Shown: piece after piece, positions 49,790-58,056 of the stretch
Numbering within the stretch: the stretch's first letter is position 1
Layout of the letters: the number at the start of each line of letters is the position of its first letter
Assembly (NCBI GenBank): GCA_022841445.1
Contig: JALHRM010000002.1
Coordinates: 25,581-89,580 of the forward strand
Direction of reading: 5' to 3'
Source of the DNA: Candidatus Saccharimonadota bacterium
GTDB taxonomy: Bacteria > Patescibacteriota > Saccharimonadia > Saccharimonadales > UBA10212
Length of the DNA stretch: 64,000 bases
Translations under genes and position numbers: made by a program
Notes under the pieces: model-generated
Seen by the model: only the letters and a program-made list of their open reading frames with translations
Databases searched by the model: none
Told to the model about the DNA's origin: nothing

Positions 49790-50977
49790 ATGGCGCTTGC
49801 TAAGAAGAAAAAATCAGAGCGAATTTTAGCATTCGATATCCTGCGAGGTATTTTTCTACTCATCATTTTGGTTAATCATGTCGAACTGTACCCCAGTATT
49901 TTTGATTTTTTTACCGGTAGAGGGCGTTTGTTCGTTTCTGCCGCCGAGGGATTTTTCTTCCTATCAGGGTTGCTTGTCAGTATTGTGTACCGCCGCCGAA
50001 TCGCCTACGGTATGCGGTTTATCCTGTTCGCTATGTGGCGCAGAGCAGTAATTCTGTACTTTTCGGCGGTCGGACTAGCACTGTTGTTTACCGCCTGGGG
50101 GGCATCGGCAGGTGGGCGATTCATCAAGGATGGTTTACCGCCATTGCCCATTGATTGGCCAGCGCTTATCGTAGAAACGCTGCGACTCCAATACAATTTC
50201 GGCTGGGCAGATTTTTTACCGCACTATGCCGTTTTCATGATTTTTGCACCACTCGTTTTTTGGTTACTACTAAAAGGTAAGTGGTGGGTGGCGCTAGCTC
50301 TCAGCATTGCTGTCTGGGCTTTTCGGGGTGATGAGTTTACACCAGCGTGGCAACTTATCTTTATGACCGGCATGATAGTTGGATACCATTGGGAAGATAT
50401 CAAAAACTGGTACATGGGCTTGGCGACGCATCGCAAGACCTTAATTCACTACAGCGTATTCTGGGTCACGGCAGTTACATTCATATTCACGTATACGGGA
50501 GTGTACGTCCTATCATTTCTTAATGCGCACATTGAGAAACTACCGGATTGGGCACAGTCCTTCACGCTCAACTGGAATGTTGTTCATGAAATAATTTGGC
50601 GAGCGTTTTCAAAGTGGACGCTTGGCCCGGGCAGAGTACTGCTATTTTATGTATGGTTTCTAGCTGCCTTCTACCTCGTTGTCCGTTATGAAAAACAAAT
50701 TACCAAAGCAACTCGCGGGGTGGTAACTATGCTAGGTCAAAACAGTTTGTTTGTGTACGTTACCCACGCTTTTATTATTTTTACGCTCCGCTATTACTAT
50801 CAGGACAACAGCAACATCGCTATAAACTTTTTGGTTACACTGGCTGCGGTAGTGCTTATATGTGCAATTACGTACGGGCATGTGCAGCTTAAAAAGCGTG
50901 CTACTAGCAGGGGGACAACTCCGATCAAGCTGGTCATCGCTGAATCCAAGAAGCGTGTTTTCGGTACCAGTCCCTGA
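49790..50977 (+). CDS. OpgC-domain membrane acyltransferase
   Basis: RI..FDILRG...NH, SAAEGFFFLSG, DFLPHY, AWQLIF, LGQNSL.VY. Confidence 0.85.
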   Translation: MALAKKKKSERILAFDILRGIFLLIILVNHVELYPSIFDFFTGRGRLFVSAAEGFFFLSGLLVSIVYRRRIAYGMRFILFAMWRRAVILYFSAVGLALLFTAWGASAGGRFIKDGLPPLPIDWPALIVETLRLQYNFGWADFLPHYAVFMIFAPLVFWLLLKGKWWVALALSIAVWAFRGDEFTPAWQLIFMTGMIVGYHWEDIKNWYMGLATHRKTLIHYSVFWVTAVTFIFTYTGVYVLSFLNAHIEKLPDWAQSFTLNWNVVHEIIWRAFSKWTLGPGRVLLFYVWFLAAFYLVVRYEKQITKATRGVVTMLGQNSLFVYVTHAFIIFTLRYYYQDNSNIAINFLVTLAAVVLICAITYGHVQLKKRATSRGTTPIKLVIAESKKRVFGTSP

Positions 50978-50980
50978 CGA

Positions 50981-52057
50981 TTATCTATGCTTTAAGTAGT
51001 TGATCGAATCACGATGAATAGATTCACGCTCAGCACCAAGCCCATGATCTCCATTATCGTAGTAGCGGTATAGGTAGGCTTTACCACTCGATTCAAGCGC
51101 ATTCGCGAGATCATCAGAAAAACTTGGCGGCACAATCCGATCTTGACCTCCCACGTATATTTGCACACGCGCTTGCATGCGATCCAAAAAGAATATTGGT
51201 GATGCACTGTGCCAAAAATTTTCATTAGTAAGCGGCGTGCCGTATTTTTTTATGACTTGGTCGCGCACTTTCTTTGAAACCGGATTAATCCGGTCAGACG
51301 GCGGATAATAGCGCGTATACAGATCAAAAATACTGCCGACTGGTGCAGCCAATAGGATGATGTCTTTGATGTCTGGCGACAAGACTGCAGCCCTCAGGGC
51401 AAGGTAGCCACCCATACTATGTCCCCATACTGCTATATTGCCACTATCAAAAGAGGGCACTGCTTTTAGCCCAGCAATCAGGCTCAAAATGTCGGTGTTA
51501 TACGCCATTGAAAAATATGCGCCCTCAGCCAAGCCTTCAGAATTACCATTGCCTCTAAAGTCTGGACGAATAACCGCATAGCCATTCCTGGCATAAAATT
51601 CCATATCACCTAAATAGGCGTCACCTCTTGTTTTGTAGTGTGATGGGCGTACAAAACCGTGCAATAACAGCATTACCGGAAAACCTTCAGACGGTGGAGC
51701 GCTGTTTGGTAATACCACATAGGCATACTGTCTAAACCCGTCGGAACTGTAGCTGATTAGTTTATGTGACAATTCCCGCTGGACGCCCAAATCAAGCACT
51801 TCAGTTATACGACTGTCTGCGTACGTAGCCTGAGAGGCAACCCTGAGGTCAAGACTGGCCGCCTTGCTGGTGTTAGATTTTTCCTCAGCCTTCGACAGCG
51901 CTTCTTCTAAAGCCACATGCTCCATGTACTGGTTTAAGCCTATACCGAAGCACAAGATACTAGCTAAAGTGATTAAAATACCATATAAGACTCGATATTT
52001 GTGAGCGGGTTGTTTTTTATGTTTTAACCCGCGTTTTACTTGCGGTTTTTTTGGCAT
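50981..52057 (-). CDS. Membrane-anchored alpha/beta hydrolase (S9 peptidase/esterase-like)
   Basis: LHG, PDFRGNG.SEG, GHSMGG, D..VP, DHG. Confidence 0.9.
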   Translation of the reverse strand: MPKKPQVKRGLKHKKQPAHKYRVLYGILITLASILCFGIGLNQYMEHVALEEALSKAEEKSNTSKAASLDLRVASQATYADSRITEVLDLGVQRELSHKLISYSSDGFRQYAYVVLPNSAPPSEGFPVMLLLHGFVRPSHYKTRGDAYLGDMEFYARNGYAVIRPDFRGNGNSEGLAEGAYFSMAYNTDILSLIAGLKAVPSFDSGNIAVWGHSMGGYLALRAAVLSPDIKDIILLAAPVGSIFDLYTRYYPPSDRINPVSKKVRDQVIKKYGTPLTNENFWHSASPIFFLDRMQARVQIYVGGQDRIVPPSFSDDLANALESSGKAYLYRYYDNGDHGLGAERESIHRDSINYLKHR

Positions 52058-52093
52058 TACCTGTTTAGTATACAGATTCAGTGTTCACGCAGT

Positions 52094-52328
52094 CTACATC
52101 CGGCGGGATTGTTCCTCAATAGCTTGGGCTTCAGACTCCATGCGCTTGGCTGATTCGTTGGCTTGGTCTACCGCCTTAAGAAGTTCAGTCCGCTGTGTTT
52201 CCAGCTGAGCGATGTGACGTTGCTGCTCTTCTGCCTGTGTTTTCATCTTTTAAAGCTTCGTTCATATGATTCTTTGCTGCATCACGCAACTTCTGGGCAC
52301 TCATCATCAAATCATCTTTTGTTCCCAT
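52094..52328 (-). pseudogene. Frameshifted ~77-aa coiled-coil protein gene
   Basis: SD AAGGA plus ATG 52328; frame 0 stops at 52185; +1 frame continues helical E/Q/A-rich sequence to TAG 52094; span 235 nt = 3n+1 with break at A4 run 52248-52251. Confidence 0.6.
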
Positions 52329-52406
52329 ATAGCTTCCTTATCTATCAATACTATTTAACATTAGGGTGTTGGTTTTTATACTTTCCCACAAACACCGTTT
52401 CAAAAA

Positions 52407-52449
52407 TGTAAGAATATTTATAGTTTATTGATGGTCATGTTTCTATGCT
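52407..52449 (+). promoter_or_regulatory. Putative CRP-family site and class II promoter
   Basis: TGTAA-N6-TTATA (52407-52422), 21 nt, then TATGCT (52444-52449). Confidence 0.55.
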
Positions 52450-52455
52450 TGATAA

Positions 52456-52650
52456 TAGCTGCTGGTGCAAACTGGTGGCAAAACTAACTACGGTTGAGTA
52501 CGTAAGTGCGCCTTACACTCTTGTCTACTCAACATCAGTCATCCAGGGAAGCGAGTTCTGCATTGTCGCTGCGGTGTATAATGACTACCCGGCGTAAATA
52601 ATAACAATTGCGATGAACTTGCTTCTCCCAATTTGTGCATCAGTGATGGC
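52456..52650 (+). ncRNA. Candidate structured ncRNA of unknown family
   Basis: Six nested stems with G-U pairs on the + strand plus possible pseudoknot; no substantial ORF; begins just after predicted TSS. Confidence 0.55.
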
Positions 52651-52733
52651 AGAGGTAAGTTTATCGTTTTATATGTTTAGCGTTATAATTTGTGAGAGTT
52701 AGGTAATATCAAAATGTATTTGGATAAAATTTT

Positions 52734-53114
52734 ATGGTAAAACCGGCTACTATCCTTATTGTTGAAGATGAAAAGACACTAAACGATGCCTACACGACAA
52801 TTTTAACGAAAGAAAACTACACGGTGTTAAGTGCTCATGACGGTGAAGAAGCGCTTACCATATTAAAAAAATCGACTCCTGACGTAATTTTGCTTGACCT
52901 GCGGATGCCGAATGTTGATGGTATTGAATTTTTGAAACGCTACAAGGTGTTGTCATTGTCAAGAAAGCCGCACATAATCGTATTTAGTAACCTCGATATG
53001 CAAAAAGAAATAGACCAAGCGTACGAACTAGGTGCCAATAAATACATTCTTAAAGCATGGGCATCGCCTAAAGAACTAGTTCGACTGGTTGCCGACGCCG
53101 TGGCAGCAAAATAA
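52734..53114 (+). CDS. Single-domain response regulator (CheY-like)
   Basis: ILIVEDE, LLDLRMP..DG, FSN, YILK. Confidence 0.93.
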   Translation: MVKPATILIVEDEKTLNDAYTTILTKENYTVLSAHDGEEALTILKKSTPDVILLDLRMPNVDGIEFLKRYKVLSLSRKPHIIVFSNLDMQKEIDQAYELGANKYILKAWASPKELVRLVADAVAAK

Positions 53115-53125
53115 ATTTCGCGTTT

Positions 53126-53788
53126 TTACAGAACAAGATCCTTAAAATTCTCTTCACCGAGGTGACGACTTAGTTTATCTACTTCCACAAGGTACTTTGC
53201 GCCTTTATAGGTGACTATACCTTTTTTCTTGAGTTTGCTTAGCTCAACGGCTGTCGTTTCTCTGGTAAGTCCAACAAGACTAGCAATAAGTTGATGAGTG
53301 ATGCGCATCTTTATCACTACTAGTCCCGGCACAACTTCTTTGCCGTAGCGTCTCGCTAGGTAGTATATGGTGTGCAGTATCTTATCTGCCGCCTTGGTCT
53401 GCTCTAACGCCGTTATACGCATTAGTGCAGCAGTATAGGATCCGATATAGTAATCCATTAATTCCTGGCGAACATGATCATTGCTATTAATATAATCAGT
53501 TAATTGTTGTTTGGTGGCAGCATATAATTCGGTATCTACAAGCGTTTCGTAGTAATGCATAGTGCTTACCGAACGGTTAAATATCCAATCAGTGGGCAAT
53601 AGTTCGCCGTCCATGTGAAAGGTTGCAACGCGCTCTTCACCTTGCTGCGTAATACTATATGCCTTAATAAGACCTTTTTTGATAATCAACGCCTCGCGCG
53701 GCACTTCACCCTGATATAAAACAACACTGCCTTTTGGCACAGATCGCTTTGTACAAACAGGTAATAACCCTTTAAAACTATTTAGCAT
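53126..53788 (-). CDS. Crp/Fnr-family transcriptional regulator
   Basis: cNMP-binding fold (YQGE, KGLIKAY, DGE) and HTH THQLIASLVGLTRETT. Confidence 0.93.
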   Translation of the reverse strand: MLNSFKGLLPVCTKRSVPKGSVVLYQGEVPREALIIKKGLIKAYSITQQGEERVATFHMDGELLPTDWIFNRSVSTMHYYETLVDTELYAATKQQLTDYINSNDHVRQELMDYYIGSYTAALMRITALEQTKAADKILHTIYYLARRYGKEVVPGLVVIKMRITHQLIASLVGLTRETTAVELSKLKKKGIVTYKGAKYLVEVDKLSRHLGEENFKDLVL

Positions 53789-53853
53789 CCCGTCCTGTCA
53801 CTGTCTACATTAATCCTCATATTCATTGTACCGTACAGGCACGATGCGATTGT

Positions 53854-53896
53854 TGTAATGAACCTTACAGCATTTAAAACATTACACCGATAATCT
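53854..53896 (+). promoter_or_regulatory. Putative CRP-family site and class II promoter
   Basis: Palindrome TGTAA-N6-TTACA (53854-53869), 21 nt, then TAATCT (53891-53896). Confidence 0.6.
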
Positions 53897-53949
53897 ATAC
53901 AGTAGTAAGCAATGCTTGCTATCAAATCAACTAAAGTGGGAGGGTAAAA

Positions 53950-54129
53950 ATGTCAGGTATCGTAACCACTAAAACTGAAAAACAAATTGATGCGTTTCTT
54001 GCTCGCAAGCGCAACAAATATCCGGACTTATTCATATCGTCGGTCGATGACGTATTAAACGACCTCGACGAAACATTGCCAAAGAAGAATAAACTACACA
54101 CTGTTTTTCGTCCTTCAGTAGCAATGTAA
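53950..54129 (+). CDS. Small hypothetical protein (59 aa, not in ORF track)
   Basis: [36 protein letters not shown]...SVAM. Confidence 0.7.
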   Translation: MSGIVTTKTEKQIDAFLARKRNKYPDLFISSVDDVLNDLDETLPKKNKLHTVFRPSVAM

Positions 54130-54148
54130 ACATCATCAGGAACAAAAT

Positions 54149-54406
54149 ATGCTAGATATTATAGTTTGGATTATATTTGGTGCGTTAGCCGGTTGGATAG
54201 CTTCAATGATTATGCGCACTAATGATCAGCAAGGGGCAATCGCTAACATTGTCGTAGGAATTGTTGGTGCAGTCGTTGGTGGATTTATCATGCGTGCAAT
54301 CGGTTCATCGGGGGTAACAGGCTTTAATATACGTAGTCTGCTGGTAGCAATACTTGGAGCCGTAGTACTGCTGGCGATTGTCAAAATGTTCCGCCGAGCC
54401 TCTTAA
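54149..54406 (+). CDS. GlsB/YeaQ/YmgE stress-response membrane protein
   Basis: [12 protein letters not shown]...[13 protein letters not shown]...AILGAVVLL. Confidence 0.93.
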   Translation: MLDIIVWIIFGALAGWIASMIMRTNDQQGAIANIVVGIVGAVVGGFIMRAIGSSGVTGFNIRSLLVAILGAVVLLAIVKMFRRAS

Positions 54407-54458
54407 AAATTAAGAATTTAAACTTAAGTGTTGTGTTTACAAATGGAGGTAGATGATT

Positions 54459-54560
54459 GTGAGTAAAACACATCGATTCGTGGGTAATGCGGATAGGCGA
54501 CGAGATCCGTATAAGCGGGAACGTGCACAATGGGAATACGGTGAAGATTTTCCAAATTAA
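54459..54560 (+). CDS. Small hypothetical protein (33 aa, not in ORF track)
   Basis: Strong SD GGAGGT 8 nt before GTG; MSKTHRFVGNADRRRDPYKRERAQWEYGEDFPN. Confidence 0.5.
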   Translation: MSKTHRFVGNADRRRDPYKRERAQWEYGEDFPN

Positions 54561-54578
54561 CCCATATACTACTGTAAT

Positions 54579-55775
54579 CTAGTTGGAATTTGGAGGGCTA
54601 AACTCGCCATGAGTTGGTCTTTCCGGTACTTGGATGTGTGTGCCGTCATCACGAATCACGTCAATTAGCTGTGGACCTTGTCGTTTTTTAGTTACTTCTT
54701 CAGGGGTTGCATCGATATAAATTGGTTCTTTACGTGCAACTTCGACACCTATCTGCTGACCCCTCGTTACCGCTGACTTTGTTGCTCCTGGAGTGGCGCG
54801 CAAACCTTGGCCGACTTTTTTGCCAGTCCAGGCCACACCTCTTGCAGTGGTTGCTAATACACCACCGGATCGACTTCCGCCTTTGTTCCCAACTTTGGCG
54901 TTCCTAGCCAAAGCAATGACCGCTAATATTCCACCAATTATTAGCACTAGTTTAAGGTTACGAGAGTTGTTTTCTGAAGCAACTTCAGCATTTTTTTCGG
55001 CCGCCATGGTGGTAAGTACCCGCTCGCTCACAAGCGTTTCGTGCTCTACCGATACCACCGATGACAGATTCATCCCCACGGTCTGACATTCGGCCTGCCC
55101 AATACCCTCGCCAGCTAATCTGTGCTCCTCTGCGCTGTAAACACTTTGTTTAGTTCCTGGGTCGCGCGCCTCCGCGACAAGCATACGGTCAAACGCGGCA
55201 ATACTTTCAGGGGGTGGACTGAATGGTTTAAACTCTCCAGGCCAGCCTCTGCCCTCTGGATCGTTTGTGGCGACGCTTTTATCTTTATCTCGGCTAGTAA
55301 ACGCAGTGGCATGTACTTTTCGAGGTGGCAGTTTGCCATCAGCGTCGCGACACCATGCCACTACATCGATTTGGTCAATAGATTTTACATACCCTAACGT
55401 TGCTTGATTCCAACCTCTGCTGTCATCATTAGTAGCTACTGTCAGCATGCCAGGATTAGCAGCGAGTACACCATTATATGTTAGTGGACGAACGGGAGTT
55501 TGTGCCGGAGGACTAGGACTGGAAGGTGTAGTGCTCGGATTCGGGTCTGCTTCTTTAGGAGGCAGAGGCAGACCAGGACGCCATCCTCCAGGGGCATCAC
55601 TGCCACCTAGCACTCCACAAGCCGACCCTACTGACAAAACTAACGCAGTCGCGAGAGAACCAGGAATAAGCCAGGTAAGCAGGCGGTTGCCGGGGCTTTC
55701 AGGCATTCTAGCAACATCAGAATAGGGTGGTTCCTTACTCGAGTCTGGTTTGATTCGGTGTACTTCGCCAGCCAT
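54579..55775 (-). CDS. Hypothetical membrane protein with Pro-rich linker
   Basis: ~400-aa ORF with two hydrophobic segments; lipobox-like GSAC after the first. Confidence 0.65.
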   Translation of the reverse strand: MAGEVHRIKPDSSKEPPYSDVARMPESPGNRLLTWLIPGSLATALVLSVGSACGVLGGSDAPGGWRPGLPLPPKEADPNPSTTPSSPSPPAQTPVRPLTYNGVLAANPGMLTVATNDDSRGWNQATLGYVKSIDQIDVVAWCRDADGKLPPRKVHATAFTSRDKDKSVATNDPEGRGWPGEFKPFSPPPESIAAFDRMLVAEARDPGTKQSVYSAEEHRLAGEGIGQAECQTVGMNLSSVVSVEHETLVSERVLTTMAAEKNAEVASENNSRNLKLVLIIGGILAVIALARNAKVGNKGGSRSGGVLATTARGVAWTGKKVGQGLRATPGATKSAVTRGQQIGVEVARKEPIYIDATPEEVTKKRQGPQLIDVIRDDGTHIQVPERPTHGEFSPPNSN

Positions 55776-55863
55776 CAACACTACCTTTGCAAAACATATT
55801 TAATTGAAAATTCAGTCACTATTGTACAAGAATCGTTCCATAAAAGCAAATTATGTCGTAGTA

Positions 55864-55892
55864 TTGACATATAGTCTATGTTATGTTAATAT
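55864..55892 (+). promoter_or_regulatory. Sigma70-type promoter
   Basis: TTGACA-17 nt-TAATAT with extended TGn. Confidence 0.7.
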
Positions 55893-55941
55893 TATGTTAT
55901 CCTCAATCAACCTAAGATTCGAGGATAAGGAGTATAAGAAG

Positions 55942-56616
55942 GTGAAGAAATTATTACTTACAAGCATTATAACTGGTTTATTCGCGAGCGTTGCTGTAGC
56001 TGCACCAGTATTTGCATGGCACCCTGAGGGTGTGATTATTAAGAAGGTTCAGAATGTTACGACGGGTGGTGCAGTATCTGATGCCAACACGGCTACCACT
56101 GCAGTCACCGCTAAACCTGGTGACACGCTGAAGTACGTTATCGAGATAAGTAACCCGGCAAAACCTGCTAACAATAGCTATAACGACCTAGCGCACATTG
56201 TCCTTACCGATACCCTACCTACTGGTGTGGAGCTAGTAAGTGCACCTACTCAGCGTGTCATTAGCGAGAACATCAACGGTATTGTTGTCCCTGGAAGTAA
56301 AGTCGTCCGTGAATATACCGTTAAGGTAACCAGCACCAAAGATGGTGACCTGATCGACAACAAAGCATGTTTTACCGGTGACAGTATCGTTAAAGACAGT
56401 CCTAAAAAAGGTTGCGACAATGCAATCATCAAGGTAAGTGTTCCTCCAGTTGTTCCTCCTGTAACCCCACCAACTACACCTGAAACGCCTAAAACCCCTC
56501 CAGCCCCTGTTGTGCTTCCTGCAACTGGTACAGGCACCAACATTGCCCTGTTCGCCATCGCTGCGAGTGTTATCGGCTACTTTAGCCACCAGATACTTGC
56601 ACGACGCTCTAACTAA
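55942..56616 (+). CDS. Secreted DUF11-domain protein with LPXTG-type sorting signal
   Basis: Signal peptide; AKPGDTLKYVIEISN..VLTDTLP.GV; Pro/Thr linker; LPATG plus TM plus RR; SD AAGGAG, GTG start. Confidence 0.8.
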   Translation: MKKLLLTSIITGLFASVAVAAPVFAWHPEGVIIKKVQNVTTGGAVSDANTATTAVTAKPGDTLKYVIEISNPAKPANNSYNDLAHIVLTDTLPTGVELVSAPTQRVISENINGIVVPGSKVVREYTVKVTSTKDGDLIDNKACFTGDSIVKDSPKKGCDNAIIKVSVPPVVPPVTPPTTPETPKTPPAPVVLPATGTGTNIALFAIAASVIGYFSHQILARRSN

Positions 56617-56634
56617 GTAAAATAGTTACGAGAC

Positions 56635-56670
56635 TAAATACCCGCCGGGCACATACTCGGCGGGTATTTA
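56635..56670. terminator. Intrinsic terminator-like hairpin
   Basis: TAAATACCCGCCGGG-cacata-CTCGGCGGGTATTTA. Confidence 0.75.
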
Positions 56671-56705
56671 TATGCATCAAAATCGAACCATAGTTCTATA
56701 TACTT

Positions 56706-57467
56706 ATGCTTGTGCCGCTTTTATCTAATGTTCGTTTCTACGTACTGTGCAGCAGCATCCTTATAAGCATTGTGATAGCAGGCTGGACAAGACAACAGAT
56801 CGTGAGTGACCAGTTGTTTTATATACGGCTGGAACAATTATTCGGATTTCTAGCACTTTTTTACTGGTATATTGCACTGCTTATTTCGCCGCTTCTAGGT
56901 GTTATTGGGAGGCGTCGCTACACGCCACATATCAACTTTAGCAGGCGCGGTATCGGTGTTTCGGCAGCGTATTTCGCGCTCCTGCATGGTCTCATCGCAC
57001 TCTACGGACAGCTCGGCGGCATTGGAGATATTTTGCTGTTGCCAGACCGCTTTCTGTTCGCTATCGCTTACGGAGTCATCGCACTAGCTATACTGCTCAC
57101 TATGACGGCAACATCGTTCGACATAGTGATACATCGAATCGGATTTCATCGCTGGAAAATACTGCACCGATTGAGCTACCCGGCCGGATTACTTATTTTA
57201 CTGCACATTTGGTTTATCGGCACACATAGTAAGATGCCGTTAATTTATGGGGTTAATTTTGCCGCGCTGGCGCTACTAGCTGCACTCGAATCAATCCGTC
57301 TCTCTAAATTCATTGCAAAACACTCTGGAGATAGCCTTTCGTATATAAAACAGCTGCCGTTTCTGATATTTGGACTAATGATTATTACACTTGTGTGGCT
57401 GACACTGACCACCCAAAGCTATCATGGGAAACACCGAGATAGCCATGAAGCGGGGGAGCGGCTATGA
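56706..57467 (+). CDS. Ferric reductase-like transmembrane protein (MsrQ-like)
   Basis: RRGIG...LLH, TATS, WKILHRLSY...LLH haem-ligand His pattern. Confidence 0.85.
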   Translation: MLVPLLSNVRFYVLCSSILISIVIAGWTRQQIVSDQLFYIRLEQLFGFLALFYWYIALLISPLLGVIGRRRYTPHINFSRRGIGVSAAYFALLHGLIALYGQLGGIGDILLLPDRFLFAIAYGVIALAILLTMTATSFDIVIHRIGFHRWKILHRLSYPAGLLILLHIWFIGTHSKMPLIYGVNFAALALLAALESIRLSKFIAKHSGDSLSYIKQLPFLIFGLMIITLVWLTLTTQSYHGKHRDSHEAGERL

Positions 57468-57991
57468 AGATTGTGATACTGGCTATACTAGTTGTCTCGA
57501 CGGCGCTTCTGAGCGGCAGCATAGTCAATGCACATGTGGTTGTTATGGATAAAAATTCCGATACCACACTTCTAGTCCATGTTACACCGGCAGACGACCC
57601 TATAGCCGGCGAAAAAAGCAATATATATCTCGATATCAAAACCCGGGAGGCGAATTCTTATCTGCCATCAAACCTACTACTGGCCATCGCCGATGAATCA
57701 CAGGCAATAAATATAGTTCCGTTCAAAATTTTTGGTACAACAATTACAGCTGAGTACACTTTTCCCGCGCAAGGATTGTATACCATATCCCTTAAAAGCC
57801 AGGGGGGTATACCAATGCAACCTATTGAACTCGAATACAGCCTCCGGGTAAGCAGAGGAATAGGTTCAGAACCGCCTGAAAAAAATACTTGGGGAAGCTC
57901 ACTTATCACTGTCGGATTTATTGGATTTGCAATACTGGCAATTCTCGCAGTGAACAACCGACGAGAACTCTCACGCTTTAGCCGCTATTAA
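57464..57991 (+). CDS. Secreted, C-terminally anchored protein with His at the predicted mature N-terminus
   Basis: Signal peptide ending VNA-H; YTFPAQGLY; C-terminal TM. Confidence 0.65.
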   Translation: MKIVILAILVVSTALLSGSIVNAHVVVMDKNSDTTLLVHVTPADDPIAGEKSNIYLDIKTREANSYLPSNLLLAIADESQAINIVPFKIFGTTITAEYTFPAQGLYTISLKSQGGIPMQPIELEYSLRVSRGIGSEPPEKNTWGSSLITVGFIGFAILAILAVNNRRELSRFSRY

Positions 57992-58056
57992 TGCTTACGT
58001 TTTAGCTGAATCTACGCTATATTTAACCTAGTAATTAATCATACTGGGGGTTTAAA

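Noticed and set aside
52245..52256. T TTA AAA heptamer as a -1 frameshift signal joining the coiled-coil halves
   Set aside because: A -1 shift meets TGA almost at once; joining requires +1
52163..52411. Plus-strand 82-aa ORF in the track
   Set aside because: Antisense to the better-supported frameshifted minus-strand gene; no SD
52431..52487. 18-aa ORF MVMFLCLIIAAGANWWQN as a Trp attenuator leader peptide
   Set aside because: No SD, starts upstream of the predicted TSS, and no trp genes follow
52456..52650. Retron msr-msd interpretation of the structured RNA
   Set aside because: Topology is loosely similar but no reverse transcriptase gene is present in the window
55804..55941. 46-aa N-terminal extension of the DUF11 protein
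   Set aside because: Region contains the promoter and SD; the signal peptide begins at GTG 55942
25517..56670. Shared AATACCCG/CGGGTATT stem in the terminators at 25517 and 56635 as a REP-like family
   Set aside because: Only two copies with different inner stems and loops; explained as ordinary terminators
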